A DNA stretch of 64,000 nt from a bacterium UBP13_UBA5359 (GTDB lineage: Bacteria; UBP13; UBA5359). Location of the stretch: positions 1 to 64,000 of the forward strand of contig DHPR01000033.1 in assembly GCA_002410925.1 (NCBI GenBank), written 5' to 3'. Positions 29,794 to 40,840 of this stretch are shown piece by piece. Position 1 is the stretch's first letter; every line of letters begins with the position of its first letter. Both the position numbers and the translations under genes were made by a program. The notes under the pieces were generated by a model. The model was given only the letters and a program-made list of their open reading frames with translations. It had not been told where the DNA came from and made no database searches.

Positions 29794-30747
29794 ATGATTG
29801 TTACAAGGAAATTATTAATATGTTTGACGGCAACCGCTCTTTTGACGGCGGCCGGAGTGGTGGTGTCCTTTGCGGATTACCTTGCCGTTTCCCCGACGGC
29901 TTTCGGTTCTCGCCCCTTGGCTATGGGCGGGGCCTTTGTAGCGGTTGCTGATGATGCCAATGCCGTGTTCTGGAATCCGGCCGGGCAGGCGCAACCTGCC
30001 AATGAACAGGCATTGACATTGGGCGCCACTATCAATCAGCGCGATACCACACGTGAAGAATGGTTGGCTTTTGTTTACAATGAGAGCGAAAAAGGGGCGG
30101 GAACGGTAGCTTTGGAGCGTAGTGATTATTTTCTCTTCCCTGTTACGTCGCTCAACACCGGTATGCCCGACGAGTTCTGGCGCAAGTCTCAGAATTACAT
30201 TTATGCAATCGGTATGGTGGGAACAGAGAATCTCTATGCCGGATTAGCGGTCAAGAGCCTTAATGATGAATTGTATAACCGGTTTGATGGAACCAAGATC
30301 AGCGGCTCTGGAGTATCCTTTGATTTGGGTCTGATTTATCGTTGGCAAAGAGCTGTTACACTGGGAATAGCGGCCAGGGATGTCGGCAGCACGATAGTGA
30401 ATATGAATGGCGGGTTCGATTTTTACGATGATCTGGGCAATTTAACAGCTGTGATCGATAGCGTAAAGCATCCGGCTATCATCACGGCCGGCATGGCGAT
30501 TAGGCCTGCCGATTCTTTGACGCTGGCCTTTGATATTTATGATATCGGACAGAATATCGACAAAGCTGAGATACGTGCCGGCCTGGAGTATCGCCCTGCT
30601 AAGGCGCTGGCACTAAGATTAGGCGCTATGGGAGATCATGCCACCTGGGGGGTGGGAGCCTCCGTGGGACCGCTGAATATGGATTTTGCTTCCTTCAGCA
30701 TAGATGACACCAGCTATAGCTATCTCTCTGCCGGCATGGCTTTCTGA
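29794..30747 (+). CDS. PorV/UPF0164/FadL-like outer-membrane beta-barrel
   Basis: GSRPLAMGGAFVAVADDANAVFWNPAG signature; GLEY...LALRLG; ends YLSAGMAF. Confidence 0.8.
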   Translation: MIVTRKLLICLTATALLTAAGVVVSFADYLAVSPTAFGSRPLAMGGAFVAVADDANAVFWNPAGQAQPANEQALTLGATINQRDTTREEWLAFVYNESEKGAGTVALERSDYFLFPVTSLNTGMPDEFWRKSQNYIYAIGMVGTENLYAGLAVKSLNDELYNRFDGTKISGSGVSFDLGLIYRWQRAVTLGIAARDVGSTIVNMNGGFDFYDDLGNLTAVIDSVKHPAIITAGMAIRPADSLTLAFDIYDIGQNIDKAEIRAGLEYRPAKALALRLGAMGDHATWGVGASVGPLNMDFASFSIDDTSYSYLSAGMAF

Positions 30748-30948
30748 TGCTTAGCACTCTCCGTAGCGTATGAATGCCCAGAATCACTTTCTCACTATGG
30801 TATAATTGCGTAAGAGAATTCAGAAGCCAGAGTTTTAAGGTCGGACGGGTTGCCGGGCATCGGTATTCCTCTGCTGCTCGGATATTGAAGCAGAGCTTGC
30901 TGATTTTCAAAGGGATAACCATGTCTTGCAGGGTGCTATGAGCGGAGT

Positions 30949-32994
30949 GTGCAGGATAGCTTGAAAGCAATAGATAATAACCGACAATCGAGGCTGCTTC
31001 CACAGGGTACATTCTCGGAGCGGAAGTTCGGATTAAAGAGTGACTTCCAACCGGCCGGCGATCAGCCGAAGGCTATAAATCGGCTGGTAGACGGATTGCG
31101 GCAGGGTCTGCGATATCAAACTCTGCACGGTGTTACGGGCTCCGGTAAAACATTTACCATGGCTAATATCATTGCCGGGATATGCCGCCCCGCACTGGTC
31201 TTGGCGCACAACAAGACCCTTGCGGCTCAGCTTTGCAATGAATTCAGAGGCTTTTTTCCGGATAATGCCGTTGAGTATTTTGTCAGCTATTACGATTATT
31301 ATCAACCGGAGGCTTACATCTCACAAACAGATACCTATATTGAGAAGGATTCCTCTATCAATGATGAGGTGGATAGGCTTCGGCATGCCGCTACGCAGGC
31401 ATTGACCACCAGGCGCGATGTTATTATTGTGGCCAGCGTTTCCTCTATTTATGGGTTAGGTATGCCGGAGGATTATGCAGATCTGGTTGTCAACGTTCAG
31501 CTCGGTGAAGAGATTGGTCGCCAGAGATTGATCAAGCGCCTGGTCGAAGTTCAATACCAGCGTAATGATGTAGCCTTGGGTAGGGGCAGCTTCAGGGTCA
31601 GAGGAGATATTATAGAAATAGTACCGGTAGATAGCGAGCGTGTTATTCGTATAGAGTTCTTCGGCGATGAGGTGGAGCGAATTTTGGAGATAGATGCACT
31701 GACCGGCGAGATGTTGGGTGAATTGCGCCTGGCCAGCTTCTTCCCTGCCAGGCATTGGGTGTCCACGCAACCCAAGCTGGAGCGAGCCTTGCGTTCCATC
31801 GATAAGGAATTGGAGGAGAGGCTGTGCTATTTGCGTAGTTGTGATAAGCTTCTGGAAGCACAGCGATTGGAACAGCGTACCAGATACGATATGGATATGC
31901 TCTGGGAAACAGGCTATTGCCAGGGAGTGGAGAATTATTCCAGGCACTTTGACGGCCGTAAGCCCGGAGAACCCCCATATACTCTGCTGGATTATTTTCC
32001 GGATGATTATTTGCTCTTTATAGATGAATCGCACGTTACCTGCCCTCAGGTAAGGGCTATGTATGGAGGCGATAAGTCTAGAAAGGATTCTCTGGTAGAT
32101 TACGGCTTCAGGCTTCCATCTGCCTATGATAATCGTCCGCTGCGCTTTGAAGAGTTTACGGAGAGGATCAATCAGTGTATCTTTCTTTCAGCTACGCCGG
32201 GACCTTTTGAAGCAAGCGTTAGCCAATGCATGGTGGAGCAGATAATACGCCCTACAGGTCTGATAGACCCTGAGGTTATTCTTCGTCCGGCTCAAAATCA
32301 GGTGGATGATCTTATTGGAGAGATACGGACGGCCGTATCTAAAGGAGAAAGGGTGCTTGTAACTGCACTTACCAAGCGGATGGCTGAGGATCTGACGGAG
32401 TATTTGGCGGATATGGGATTGAAGGTCAACTATCTGCATTCCGATGTAGCTACGCTCGAGAGAGTGGAAGTGCTTAGAGATCTCCGTTCCGGTGTTCACG
32501 ATGTTATCGTCGGCATCAACCTTTTGCGTGAGGGATTGGACCTGCCGGAAGTAGCTCTGGTAGCCATACTGGATGCTGATAAGGAGGGCTTTCTGCGGTC
32601 TGAAACTTCGCTGGTGCAGACTATCGGTCGTGCGGCTCGCAATCTGGCAGGACGGGTCATCCTCTACGCCGACAGGATGACGGATTCTATGGAACGCGCC
32701 ATCATCGAAACAGAGAGACGACGCCGGCTTCAAGAGGATTATAACCGGCGGCATGATATAACGCCGGAGAGTGTGCATAAAGCGATAACCGATATCGCTG
32801 AAGGCATAGAGCAGAAGCGTCTGCAGGAGGCAAAAGCAGTTTATGAGGCCGATATCAGAAAGGTAGATAAGGGTGATCCTACCGATATGGGTGACAGAAT
32901 CGCTCGTCTTGAAAGAGAGATGAAGCGTGCAGCTCAGGATCTGGATTTTGAATTGGCTGCCTGGCTGCGTGACAGAATAAAGGAATTGAAATGA
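30949..32994 (+). CDS. uvrB: Excinuclease ABC subunit B
   Basis: [44 protein letters not shown]-terminal UVR domain. Confidence 0.98.
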   Translation: MQDSLKAIDNNRQSRLLPQGTFSERKFGLKSDFQPAGDQPKAINRLVDGLRQGLRYQTLHGVTGSGKTFTMANIIAGICRPALVLAHNKTLAAQLCNEFRGFFPDNAVEYFVSYYDYYQPEAYISQTDTYIEKDSSINDEVDRLRHAATQALTTRRDVIIVASVSSIYGLGMPEDYADLVVNVQLGEEIGRQRLIKRLVEVQYQRNDVALGRGSFRVRGDIIEIVPVDSERVIRIEFFGDEVERILEIDALTGEMLGELRLASFFPARHWVSTQPKLERALRSIDKELEERLCYLRSCDKLLEAQRLEQRTRYDMDMLWETGYCQGVENYSRHFDGRKPGEPPYTLLDYFPDDYLLFIDESHVTCPQVRAMYGGDKSRKDSLVDYGFRLPSAYDNRPLRFEEFTERINQCIFLSATPGPFEASVSQCMVEQIIRPTGLIDPEVILRPAQNQVDDLIGEIRTAVSKGERVLVTALTKRMAEDLTEYLADMGLKVNYLHSDVATLERVEVLRDLRSGVHDVIVGINLLREGLDLPEVALVAILDADKEGFLRSETSLVQTIGRAARNLAGRVILYADRMTDSMERAIIETERRRRLQEDYNRRHDITPESVHKAITDIAEGIEQKRLQEAKAVYEADIRKVDKGDPTDMGDRIARLEREMKRAAQDLDFELAAWLRDRIKELK

Positions 32995-33127
32995 AGTGGG
33001 TTGGTTGTTCGGGATTTAAGTGCGTTTGCAGGTTCAGGAGCCAGGAGCCAGGAGTGCGGACGACCTATTTAGCATTTGAGTGCGTTTGCAGGTTGGGGTT
33101 CGTTATTTAACATTTGAGAGAGAAATT

Positions 33128-35965
33128 ATGAGCAAACCAAAGGATAAAATTGTAATCAGGGGCGCACGCGTCCATAATCTCAAAAATATCGATGTCGAAA
33201 TTCCTCGCAATAAGATGGTGGTCATCACCGGATTGAGCGGATCGGGCAAATCTTCTCTGGCTATGGATACCATTTATGCCGAGGGACAGCGGCGTTATGT
33301 GGAATCTCTTTCGCCTTATGCTCGTCAGTTTCTGGGGCAGATGGATAAACCGGATGTGGATTATATAGAGGGTCTTTCACCGGCCATTTCCATAGATCAG
33401 AAAGCAACCAGTCGTAATCCGCGCTCTACCGTGGGTACGGTAACGGAGATTTATGATTATCTTAGAGTGCTCTATGCTCGTATAGGAAGGCCTCATTGCC
33501 ACATCTGCGGGCGTACCATAGCTCGCCAGAGCGTAGAGGAGATAACGGATCGCATTATGGATTTGCCGCATGGAACCAGGCTCAATCTGCTGGGGCCGCT
33601 GGTACGCGGCCGTAAGGGGGAATATCGCCAGCTTTTTGACGACGTGAGGCGGCAGGGCTTTGTCCGGGTCAAGGTGGATGGCGCAATCTATGATGTTGGT
33701 GAGAAGATAGAGCTGGATAAAGACAAGAAGCACGATATCTCTGTGATTGTTGATCGCCTGGTAGTGAAGCCTGATATCAGAGGTCGCGTCTTTGAATCGG
33801 TGGAAACGGCACTGAAGCTGGGCAAGGGGCTGGTCATTGCCGATTTGTTAGAAGGGGAAGCGCTGCTATTCAGTGAAAGCTTCTCCTGTCCAATCTGCGG
33901 TGTCAGCCTGGAAGAGCTCTCTCCCCGAATATTCAGCTTCAACAACCCTTATGGTGCTTGCCCTACATGTTCCGGTCTGGGAGTGGTGGCGGAGTTCGAT
34001 CCTGATCTTATCATGCCGGAGAAGAGTCTCTCTCTGTCAGAGGGTGCCATTCTTCCTTGGCGGCGGGCGGTATCCAACTATTATCCCGCTCTGATAAATG
34101 GATTATGCAACGCTTATGATATAGATCCGGATGCGCCGGTATCCACCCTTACCGCAGAGCAAAAAGAGCTTCTTTTTTACGGGGGCGATAAGCCAATCAG
34201 GGTTACATACTGCAACTTCAAGGGGCGTCAGCGAGATTACTCCATTTACTTTGAAGGCTTGATCAACCGCTTTAACGTTAAATATCGTGATGCTGAGGGT
34301 GATGCAGAGCGTGAAGAATTACAGCGTTATATGACTCTTCGTTCCTGCCAGTCTTGCAACGGAGCCCGGTTGAAGCCGGAGAGCCTGGCTGTAACTGTTG
34401 GCGGCCTATCGATAGATGAATATTGCCGCTTATCGGTAGAGCAGGCTATAGAGTTCATCGATGGATTGAAGCTGGGTGAGCGTGAGGCATATATCGCCCG
34501 ACAGCTCTTAAAAGAGATTCGCAGTCGTCTTCTCTTTCTGGCTGATGTAGGACTTGATTATCTGACTTTGAACAGGGGAGCATCTACTCTGGCAGGAGGA
34601 GAGGCCCAGCGGATACGGCTGGCTACAGAGATAGGGTCAGGCCTGATGGGCGTGCTTTATATTCTGGACGAGCCGACGATAGGTTTGCACCCGCGTGATA
34701 ATGAAAGACTTATCGGCACGCTTAAGGCATTAAGAGATCTTGGCAATACCGTTATCCTTGTGGAGCATGATGAGGATACTATAAGAGCCGCCGATTATGT
34801 TCTTGATATAGGTCCGGGTGCAGGCAAGCATGGCGGCCGGGTGATAGCCCAGGGAACGGTGGCGAAAATCTGCCGTGATCCTCAATCAATAACCGGACGT
34901 TATCTGACCGGGAAGGATCGCATCGAGATACCGGTAGAAAGGCGCCGGGCAAATGGACGCAGTCTGGTAATCAAGGGGGCACGGCAATACAGTCTCAAGG
35001 GAATTGATGTGGAAATACCGCTGGGCATCTTTGTCTGCGTTACCGGCGTTTCCGGCTCCGGCAAGAGCACTTTAGTTCATGATGTGCTCTTCAAACGTCT
35101 TTATCAAGATCTCTACGGCAAACATGAGGAGCCGGGTGCGCATGACGAACTTACCGGCCAAGAATATGTGGATAAGGTAATCAATGTTGACCAGTCTCCT
35201 ATAGGCAGAACTCCGCGTTCCAACCCCGCCACTTATACCGGACTCTTCGATTATGTGCGACAGATTTTCTCCATGACGACGGAGGCCAGGATGCGCGGTT
35301 ATAAGCCGGGGCGTTTTAGCTTCAATATCAAGGGCGGCCGGTGTGAGGCGTGCAAGGGTGATGGTATAGTCAAGATAGAGATGCATTTCTTGCCTGATGT
35401 CTATGTTCCCTGCGAGGTATGCAAAGGACGCCGCTATAACCGGGAAACGCTCGAGGTGCATTACAGGAGCAAGAGCATCGCCGATGTACTGGATATGACG
35501 GTGGATGAGGCCATGGAGCACTTTAAAAATATTCCTAGAATAAAGAATAAGCTTACGACTCTGCATGAGGTGGGACTGGGCTATATCAAGCTGGGACAGC
35601 CGGCGACCACATTATCCGGTGGCGAAGCTCAGCGTGTCAAGCTGGCAACCGAGTTATCCAGGCGCGGCACCGGCAATACTCTCTATATACTGGATGAGCC
35701 GACTACAGGATTACACTTTGCCGATATCAAAAAACTTCTGGCAATTCTTGACAGATTGGTGGAAGCGGGCAATACGGTCCTAGTTATAGAGCATAATCTG
35801 GATGTGATAAAGTGCGCCGATTACCTTATAGACCTGGGGCCGGAGGGAGGAGAGCTGGGCGGGCGACTGGTTGCCTGCGGCACGCCCGAGCGTGTAGCGA
35901 CCTTTCCGAATTCTCATACCGGACGTTTCTTACGGCCGGTGCTGGGGATAGATATGAGGAGGTGA
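33128..35965 (+). CDS. uvrA: Excinuclease ABC subunit A
   Basis: [21 protein letters not shown], second ABC module GVSGSGKS / LSGGEAQR, zinc fingers. Confidence 0.98.
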   Translation: MSKPKDKIVIRGARVHNLKNIDVEIPRNKMVVITGLSGSGKSSLAMDTIYAEGQRRYVESLSPYARQFLGQMDKPDVDYIEGLSPAISIDQKATSRNPRSTVGTVTEIYDYLRVLYARIGRPHCHICGRTIARQSVEEITDRIMDLPHGTRLNLLGPLVRGRKGEYRQLFDDVRRQGFVRVKVDGAIYDVGEKIELDKDKKHDISVIVDRLVVKPDIRGRVFESVETALKLGKGLVIADLLEGEALLFSESFSCPICGVSLEELSPRIFSFNNPYGACPTCSGLGVVAEFDPDLIMPEKSLSLSEGAILPWRRAVSNYYPALINGLCNAYDIDPDAPVSTLTAEQKELLFYGGDKPIRVTYCNFKGRQRDYSIYFEGLINRFNVKYRDAEGDAEREELQRYMTLRSCQSCNGARLKPESLAVTVGGLSIDEYCRLSVEQAIEFIDGLKLGEREAYIARQLLKEIRSRLLFLADVGLDYLTLNRGASTLAGGEAQRIRLATEIGSGLMGVLYILDEPTIGLHPRDNERLIGTLKALRDLGNTVILVEHDEDTIRAADYVLDIGPGAGKHGGRVIAQGTVAKICRDPQSITGRYLTGKDRIEIPVERRRANGRSLVIKGARQYSLKGIDVEIPLGIFVCVTGVSGSGKSTLVHDVLFKRLYQDLYGKHEEPGAHDELTGQEYVDKVINVDQSPIGRTPRSNPATYTGLFDYVRQIFSMTTEARMRGYKPGRFSFNIKGGRCEACKGDGIVKIEMHFLPDVYVPCEVCKGRRYNRETLEVHYRSKSIADVLDMTVDEAMEHFKNIPRIKNKLTTLHEVGLGYIKLGQPATTLSGGEAQRVKLATELSRRGTGNTLYILDEPTTGLHFADIKKLLAILDRLVEAGNTVLVIEHNLDVIKCADYLIDLGPEGGELGGRLVACGTPERVATFPNSHTGRFLRPVLGIDMRR

Positions 35966-35969
35966 AAGG

Positions 35970-37259
35970 ATGCCGGAACGAATAACTATGTCCGGGGGGC
36001 GCAAAGAGAACGTAACTGCTGAAGTCCTTTCAGTGGGCACAGAGCTATTGCTGGGTCAGATAGTGGATACGAATGCTGCTTATATCTCTACCATTTTGCC
36101 TGATTGGGGTATCAGCATCTATAGACGCACTACGGTGGGCGATAATCTGGAAAGGATAATCGATGCTCTCAGAGAGGCTTTTTCCAGGGCAGATATCGTC
36201 ATCACTACAGGAGGGCTTGGTCCTACCATGGATGACCTGACCAGAGAGGCTATTGCCGGGCTCTGGGGGCTGGAGATGAAGGAGGATCCTCGGATAATCC
36301 GTCGGCTGGAAGCCTTCTTTAAGGACAGGCGGTATCCTATGGCGAAATCCAACCGTAAGCAGGCTCTCTGTCCCGAGGGCGGCATCCTGATAGATAATGC
36401 TGTCGGAACAGCACCTGGCATTTTTATTGAACGTAACGATCGGGTCTTCATTGCTCTGCCCGGTCCGCCCTTTGAAATGAAGCCCATGCTGCCTCGGGTA
36501 TATGATCTGCTCTGTCAGAGAGGATATGCAGGGTGTCAGGTGATTCGCTCCCGGGTAATTCACACCTGCGGCATAGGGGAATCATCTCTGGAGGAGAAGC
36601 TTGATAGCATTATAAGACACCAGAATAATCCTACTATAGCTCCACTGGCGCATCCCGCCGGCGTGGATTTACGCCTGACGGCTAAAGCTGAAACAGCAGA
36701 GAAGGCGGAGGCCATGCTGTCGGAGGTTGAATCCCGTTTGCAGGGAGTTATCGGCGAGGCTGTCTATGGCACGGATCAGGAGAGCCTGGAGGGTGCGGTG
36801 GTTCGGCTGTTGCAGGAGCGTAAAATGAAGCTGGCTTTGGCAGAGTCCTGTACCGGCGGCCTGGTTGCTCACCTTATTACCAACATTCCGGGCATCTCGG
36901 TAAACTTTCCAGGTGGTATTATCTCTTATGCCAACAGCGCTAAAATAGAATTGCTGGGGGTAGATGAGGCGCTAATCCGTAATTATGGTGCGGTAAGTCC
37001 GGAATGCGCCGGCGCGATGGCTGCGGGTGTTCGCAAGGCATTTCATGCTGATATAGGATTATCTCTTACCGGAATAGCCGGCCCGAGCGGCGGCACTGCG
37101 GAGAAGCCTGTTGGGCTTCTCTACACAGGGCTATCCACGACGGATGGCCAGGTTGTTAAGAAGGCGCGCTTCAAAGGCGGGCGTGAGGAGAATAAGCTCC
37201 GATTTGCCAGAACGGCTCTGGATATGCTGCGGCGCTATTTGCTGGCTGAAGAGCTTTGA
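35970..37259 (+). CDS. cinA: Competence/damage-inducible protein A
   Basis: VGTELLLGQIVDTNA, GGLGPTMDDLT, AESCTGG, GAVS, TGIAGP. Confidence 0.95.
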   Translation: MPERITMSGGRKENVTAEVLSVGTELLLGQIVDTNAAYISTILPDWGISIYRRTTVGDNLERIIDALREAFSRADIVITTGGLGPTMDDLTREAIAGLWGLEMKEDPRIIRRLEAFFKDRRYPMAKSNRKQALCPEGGILIDNAVGTAPGIFIERNDRVFIALPGPPFEMKPMLPRVYDLLCQRGYAGCQVIRSRVIHTCGIGESSLEEKLDSIIRHQNNPTIAPLAHPAGVDLRLTAKAETAEKAEAMLSEVESRLQGVIGEAVYGTDQESLEGAVVRLLQERKMKLALAESCTGGLVAHLITNIPGISVNFPGGIISYANSAKIELLGVDEALIRNYGAVSPECAGAMAAGVRKAFHADIGLSLTGIAGPSGGTAEKPVGLLYTGLSTTDGQVVKKARFKGGREENKLRFARTALDMLRRYLLAEEL

Positions 37260-37446
37260 AGTTGGAGGGCGGACCGGCAAGGCTCTTTATTAATGTCTTG
37301 CCGCTATGATCGATATCAAGATAGGCAGACAATTGATTGGCGGCATATCTCTTATGAGCAGCTGTCTGGGAAGGGAAGCTTCGGTGTATACTGAAGTGGC
37401 CCGGCCTCCTCTGGTTAATTGAAATGCATCTGACAAGGGCAAATGC

Positions 37447-37476
37447 TTGAAAGAGAACAGATGTTTGTTGTATAAT
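37447..37476 (+). promoter_or_regulatory. recA promoter with an embedded Gram-positive-type LexA box
   Basis: TTGAAA-N18-TATAAT; GAAC-AGAT-GTTT at 37455-37466 (GAAC-N4-GTTC consensus, 1 mismatch). Confidence 0.8.
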
Positions 37477-37609
37477 GACATAGCCGGGGGGTGGAGGCTG
37501 GGTCGGGTTGTTCAGTGTTGGGGTAGGTTGTTTGGGATTCGAGTCCGTTTGCTAGGGGTTTAAGTTCATTTGCAGGTTTAGCTGGATATTTTGAATGGGG
37601 AGGAAGAAT

Positions 37610-38623
37610 ATGCTGGAAAAGGAAAAAGCTCTGGAACTGGCAATAGCCCAGGTGGAGAAGAGCTTTGGCAAAGGATCCATTATGCTCCTTGGCGAAGCCG
37701 GAGCCAATATGCAGGTGGAAGTGATCCCTACGGGATCGCTGTCGTTGGATATCTGCCTTGGTATAGGCGGCATACCACGGGGAAGGGTAATCGAGATATA
37801 CGGCCCGGAGGCCTCCGGCAAGACGACGATGTCTCTGCATATTATAGCTGAGGCTCAGAAAATGGGCGGAACAGTAGCTTTTATAGATGTAGAACATGCT
37901 TTGGATCCTGCCTATGCTCGTAATGTAGGGGTCAACATCGATGAATTGATGATCTCGCAGCCGGATACCGGAGAACAGGCTCTGGAAATTGCGGAGATAC
38001 TGGTTAGAAGCGGCGCTATAGATGCTGTGGTTATCGATTCTGTGGCGGCTCTGGTCCCCAGGGCGGAGATAGAGGGTGAGATGGGCGACTCGCATGTCGG
38101 TCTTCAGGCAAGGTTGATGTCGCAGGCGCTACGTAAGCTTACCGGTGCTATCAGTAAATCTAAAACATCAGCCATCTTTATCAATCAGATCAGGGAGAAG
38201 ATCGGTGTCATGTTCGGTAACCCCGAGACCACCCCGGGAGGCCGAGCTTTGAAGTTTTACTCCTCTGTACGCCTGGAAGTTCGAAAAATGGATACGCTTA
38301 AGTCCGGGAATGAGATTATCGGAACCAGGACCAAAGTGAAAGTAGTCAAGAATAAGATGGCTCCGCCCTTTAAGCAGGCCGAATTCGATATTATTTACGG
38401 CAAGGGCATATCGCGAGAGGGAGATATCCTGGATATGGGCGTGGCTTACGATATAATCGGTAAGACCGGAGCATGGTTTAATTACGGCGAACACCGATTG
38501 GGGCAGGGGCGTGAAAATGCCAAGGGATATCTGTTGGCCAACCCGGAAGTGGCGACTGAAATAGAAGCCGGGATATTGGAAGCGGCAGGCTTGAAAGCTG
38601 CTGAGAAAAGCAAAGATGGATGA
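37610..38623 (+). CDS. recA: Recombinase RecA (no intein or intron)
   Basis: [39 protein letters not shown]. Confidence 0.99.
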   Translation: MLEKEKALELAIAQVEKSFGKGSIMLLGEAGANMQVEVIPTGSLSLDICLGIGGIPRGRVIEIYGPEASGKTTMSLHIIAEAQKMGGTVAFIDVEHALDPAYARNVGVNIDELMISQPDTGEQALEIAEILVRSGAIDAVVIDSVAALVPRAEIEGEMGDSHVGLQARLMSQALRKLTGAISKSKTSAIFINQIREKIGVMFGNPETTPGGRALKFYSSVRLEVRKMDTLKSGNEIIGTRTKVKVVKNKMAPPFKQAEFDIIYGKGISREGDILDMGVAYDIIGKTGAWFNYGEHRLGQGRENAKGYLLANPEVATEIEAGILEAAGLKAAEKSKDG

Positions 38624-39116
38624 TTCTGCGGCGGCTGCCTATGAAGCCGCTCTGGTGCTGCTGACATATCGTGACCGCAGTCTGTGGGAGATAAGGGATA
38701 GACTGAAACGGAAGGGTTATCATAAAGAGCTTATCGAGAGCGTTGTTATCCGGTTGCTTGATGAGGGCTTGCTCGATGAGGAGCGCTTTGTCCGCAGCGC
38801 TATCAGAACAGGTATGGGGGCCAGGCCTACTGGTAGGCGAAGGCTCAGATATGAATTAAAGAAGAAGGGGGTGGCTGACGAAATTATAGGCGAAAGCATA
38901 AAGGAAATGTACTCTGATGATGATGAAGAGGCATTGGCGCTCTCTCTGGCAGAAGCCAGATGGGAACGTCTATCAGGCTTGTCGGCGGAGAAAAGACTTC
39001 TTCGTTTGGCCGGTTATCTATCCCGGCGAGGCTTCTCTTATAAGGCTGTTAGGAGAGCTTTGAGTCATGTTCGACTCAATTTCCTTGACACCTTTGATGA
39101 AAATGAAGTACAATAA
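38616..39116 (+). CDS. recX: Regulatory protein RecX
   Basis: [34 protein letters not shown]; follows recA. Confidence 0.9.
   Translation: MDDSAAAAYEAALVLLTYRDRSLWEIRDRLKRKGYHKELIESVVIRLLDEGLLDEERFVRSAIRTGMGARPTGRRRLRYELKKKGVADEIIGESIKEMYSDDDEEALALSLAEARWERLSGLSAEKRLLRLAGYLSRRGFSYKAVRRALSHVRLNFLDTFDENEVQ
39085..39114 (+). promoter_or_regulatory. rny promoter within the recX 3' end
   Basis: TTGACA-N18-TACAAT. Confidence 0.65.
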
Positions 39117-39231
39117 CTTTGCGATTTGATCGCATGTACATTGAAACCACCTCCTGAAAAAGTATTGAGCGTGGTAGTAATAACTTGCAAAAAGCATGAC
39201 GTCTTTTTCAGCTAGAGGAAGGGAGGTGAAT

Positions 39232-40779
39232 ATGATAAGTATGGTTATTCAGTTGCTGATGATAGCTATCGCAGCTCTTTTATCAGGGTTGCTTGTTGGT
39301 TATTTGATCAGAAAAGGAATTGCGGAAAGCAAGATTAAGACAGCGGAGGTATTGGCTAAGGATATAATTGCCAATGCTGAGCGGGAAGCGGATGCCAAAT
39401 CTAAGGAAGCGCTTCTCGAGGTAAAGGATGAGCAGCTAAGGCTGCGCAATGAACTTGAGAAAGAGAATCGCGAGCGGCGAATCGAATTGCAGAGAACGGA
39501 GCGGCACCTGACGCAGAAGGAGGAGAACCTCGAGCGCCGCTTGAGCACAATGGAGAAAAAGGAGAGAGTGCTGCAGCAGCGCGATCAGGAGAATGCTTCC
39601 ATCAGGGATAATCTTGAACGCCTTCAACGCGAAAGCCAGGTTGAGCTCGAAAGAGTTTCAGGGCTTACGAGCGAGGAGGCCAAAGGGCTCCTTTTGCAAA
39701 AGGTGGAGGATGAGATCAGGGATGACGCCGCTGACCTGATCAGGCGTATCGAGGCGGAAGCTAAAGAGAAAGCGGAGAATAAAGCCAGAGAGATAATTAC
39801 GGCTGCAGTTCAAAGGTGTGCTGCTGATCAGGTGGTGGAATCCACTGTTTCGGTTTTGCCGTTGCCCAGTGATGATATGAAAGGCCGGATAATCGGCCGT
39901 GAAGGGCGTAATATAAGGGCATTTGAAACCTGTACAGGTGTCGACCTTATCATTGATGATACACCTGAAGCCGTTATTCTATCCGCTTTTGATCCGGTCC
40001 GGCGCGAGATTGCGCGTGTGGCTTTGGAAAAGCTCCTTATTGACGGTCGGATTCATCCGGCACGGATAGAGGAATTGGTGAACAAGGCACGGGCTGAGAT
40101 CGATGCGCAAATAAAGGAGGAGGGTGAAAGAGCCCTTCTGGAAACCGGTATTCAGGGCATACACCCGGAACTGACCAAGCTTTTGGGCAGATTAAGATTC
40201 CGCACCAGCTACGGGCAGAATGTGCTTCAGCATTCAAAAGAGGTTTCTTGGCTGGCAGGGTTGATGGCCGATGAAGTCGGGCTGGATGTTTCGCTTGCCA
40301 GGAGAGCCGGTCTTCTGCATGATATAGGCAAAGCGGTAGATCATGAAGTGGAAGGGCCGCATGCAACTATAGGTGCTGATCTGGCCAAGCGATACCGGGA
40401 ATCCGGCAAAGTAATCCAGACCATAGCAGCACACCACGGTGAGGAAGAGTGTGGGCTTATGGAGGCTCTCCTGGTGCAGGCCGGAGATGCTATTTCTTCT
40501 GCTCGCCCCGGTGCCAGGCGAGAATCGTTAGAGAATTATATCAAGCGCCTGGAAAAATTGGAAAATGTAGCAGATTCGTTCACAGGCGTGGAAAAATCCT
40601 ATGCCATACAGGCCGGCAGAGAGGTTCGTATTATGGTTAAGCCTGACGATATCGACGATCTGGCGGCAATTAATCTGGCCAAGGATATAGTTAAGCGTAT
40701 TGAAGATGAACTGGAGTTCCCCGGACAGATCAAGGTTACTGTAATAAGGGAAACTCGGGCGATAGAATACGCCAAATAA
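39232..40779 (+). CDS. rny: Ribonuclease Y
   Basis: N-terminal TM, coiled coil, KH ([13 protein letters not shown]), HD (LLHDIGK), AIQAGRE. Confidence 0.98.
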   Translation: MISMVIQLLMIAIAALLSGLLVGYLIRKGIAESKIKTAEVLAKDIIANAEREADAKSKEALLEVKDEQLRLRNELEKENRERRIELQRTERHLTQKEENLERRLSTMEKKERVLQQRDQENASIRDNLERLQRESQVELERVSGLTSEEAKGLLLQKVEDEIRDDAADLIRRIEAEAKEKAENKAREIITAAVQRCAADQVVESTVSVLPLPSDDMKGRIIGREGRNIRAFETCTGVDLIIDDTPEAVILSAFDPVRREIARVALEKLLIDGRIHPARIEELVNKARAEIDAQIKEEGERALLETGIQGIHPELTKLLGRLRFRTSYGQNVLQHSKEVSWLAGLMADEVGLDVSLARRAGLLHDIGKAVDHEVEGPHATIGADLAKRYRESGKVIQTIAAHHGEEECGLMEALLVQAGDAISSARPGARRESLENYIKRLEKLENVADSFTGVEKSYAIQAGREVRIMVKPDDIDDLAAINLAKDIVKRIEDELEFPGQIKVTVIRETRAIEYAK

Positions 40780-40792
40780 ATTATTAGACTAT

Positions 40793-40830
40793 GCCTGGCG
40801 GCGCTTTGAGGCGTCGCCAGGCCTTTTTTT
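40793..40830 (+). terminator. Intrinsic terminator between rny and ymdB
   Basis: GCCTGGCGGCGC-TTTGAG-GCGTCGCCAGGC followed by CTTTTTTT. Confidence 0.85.
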
Positions 40831-40840
40831 GGAGCGATAT

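Noticed and set aside
30751-30780. TTAGCACTC, a perfect CIRCE left arm upstream of uvrB
   Set aside because: The right arm GAGTGCTAA is absent at 9-nt spacing; only a poor GAATGCCCA at 12 nt
33014-33094. Two 21-nt repeats 60 nt apart as a mini-CRISPR
   Set aside because: Only two short units, the spacer is itself a heptamer repeat, and there are no cas genes in the window
37415-38095. 226-aa antisense ORF over recA, and other long antisense ORFs (51472-52596, 58881-59717, 62996-63772, several in the giant gene)
   Set aside because: Shadow frames of conserved sense genes with no recognisable motifs
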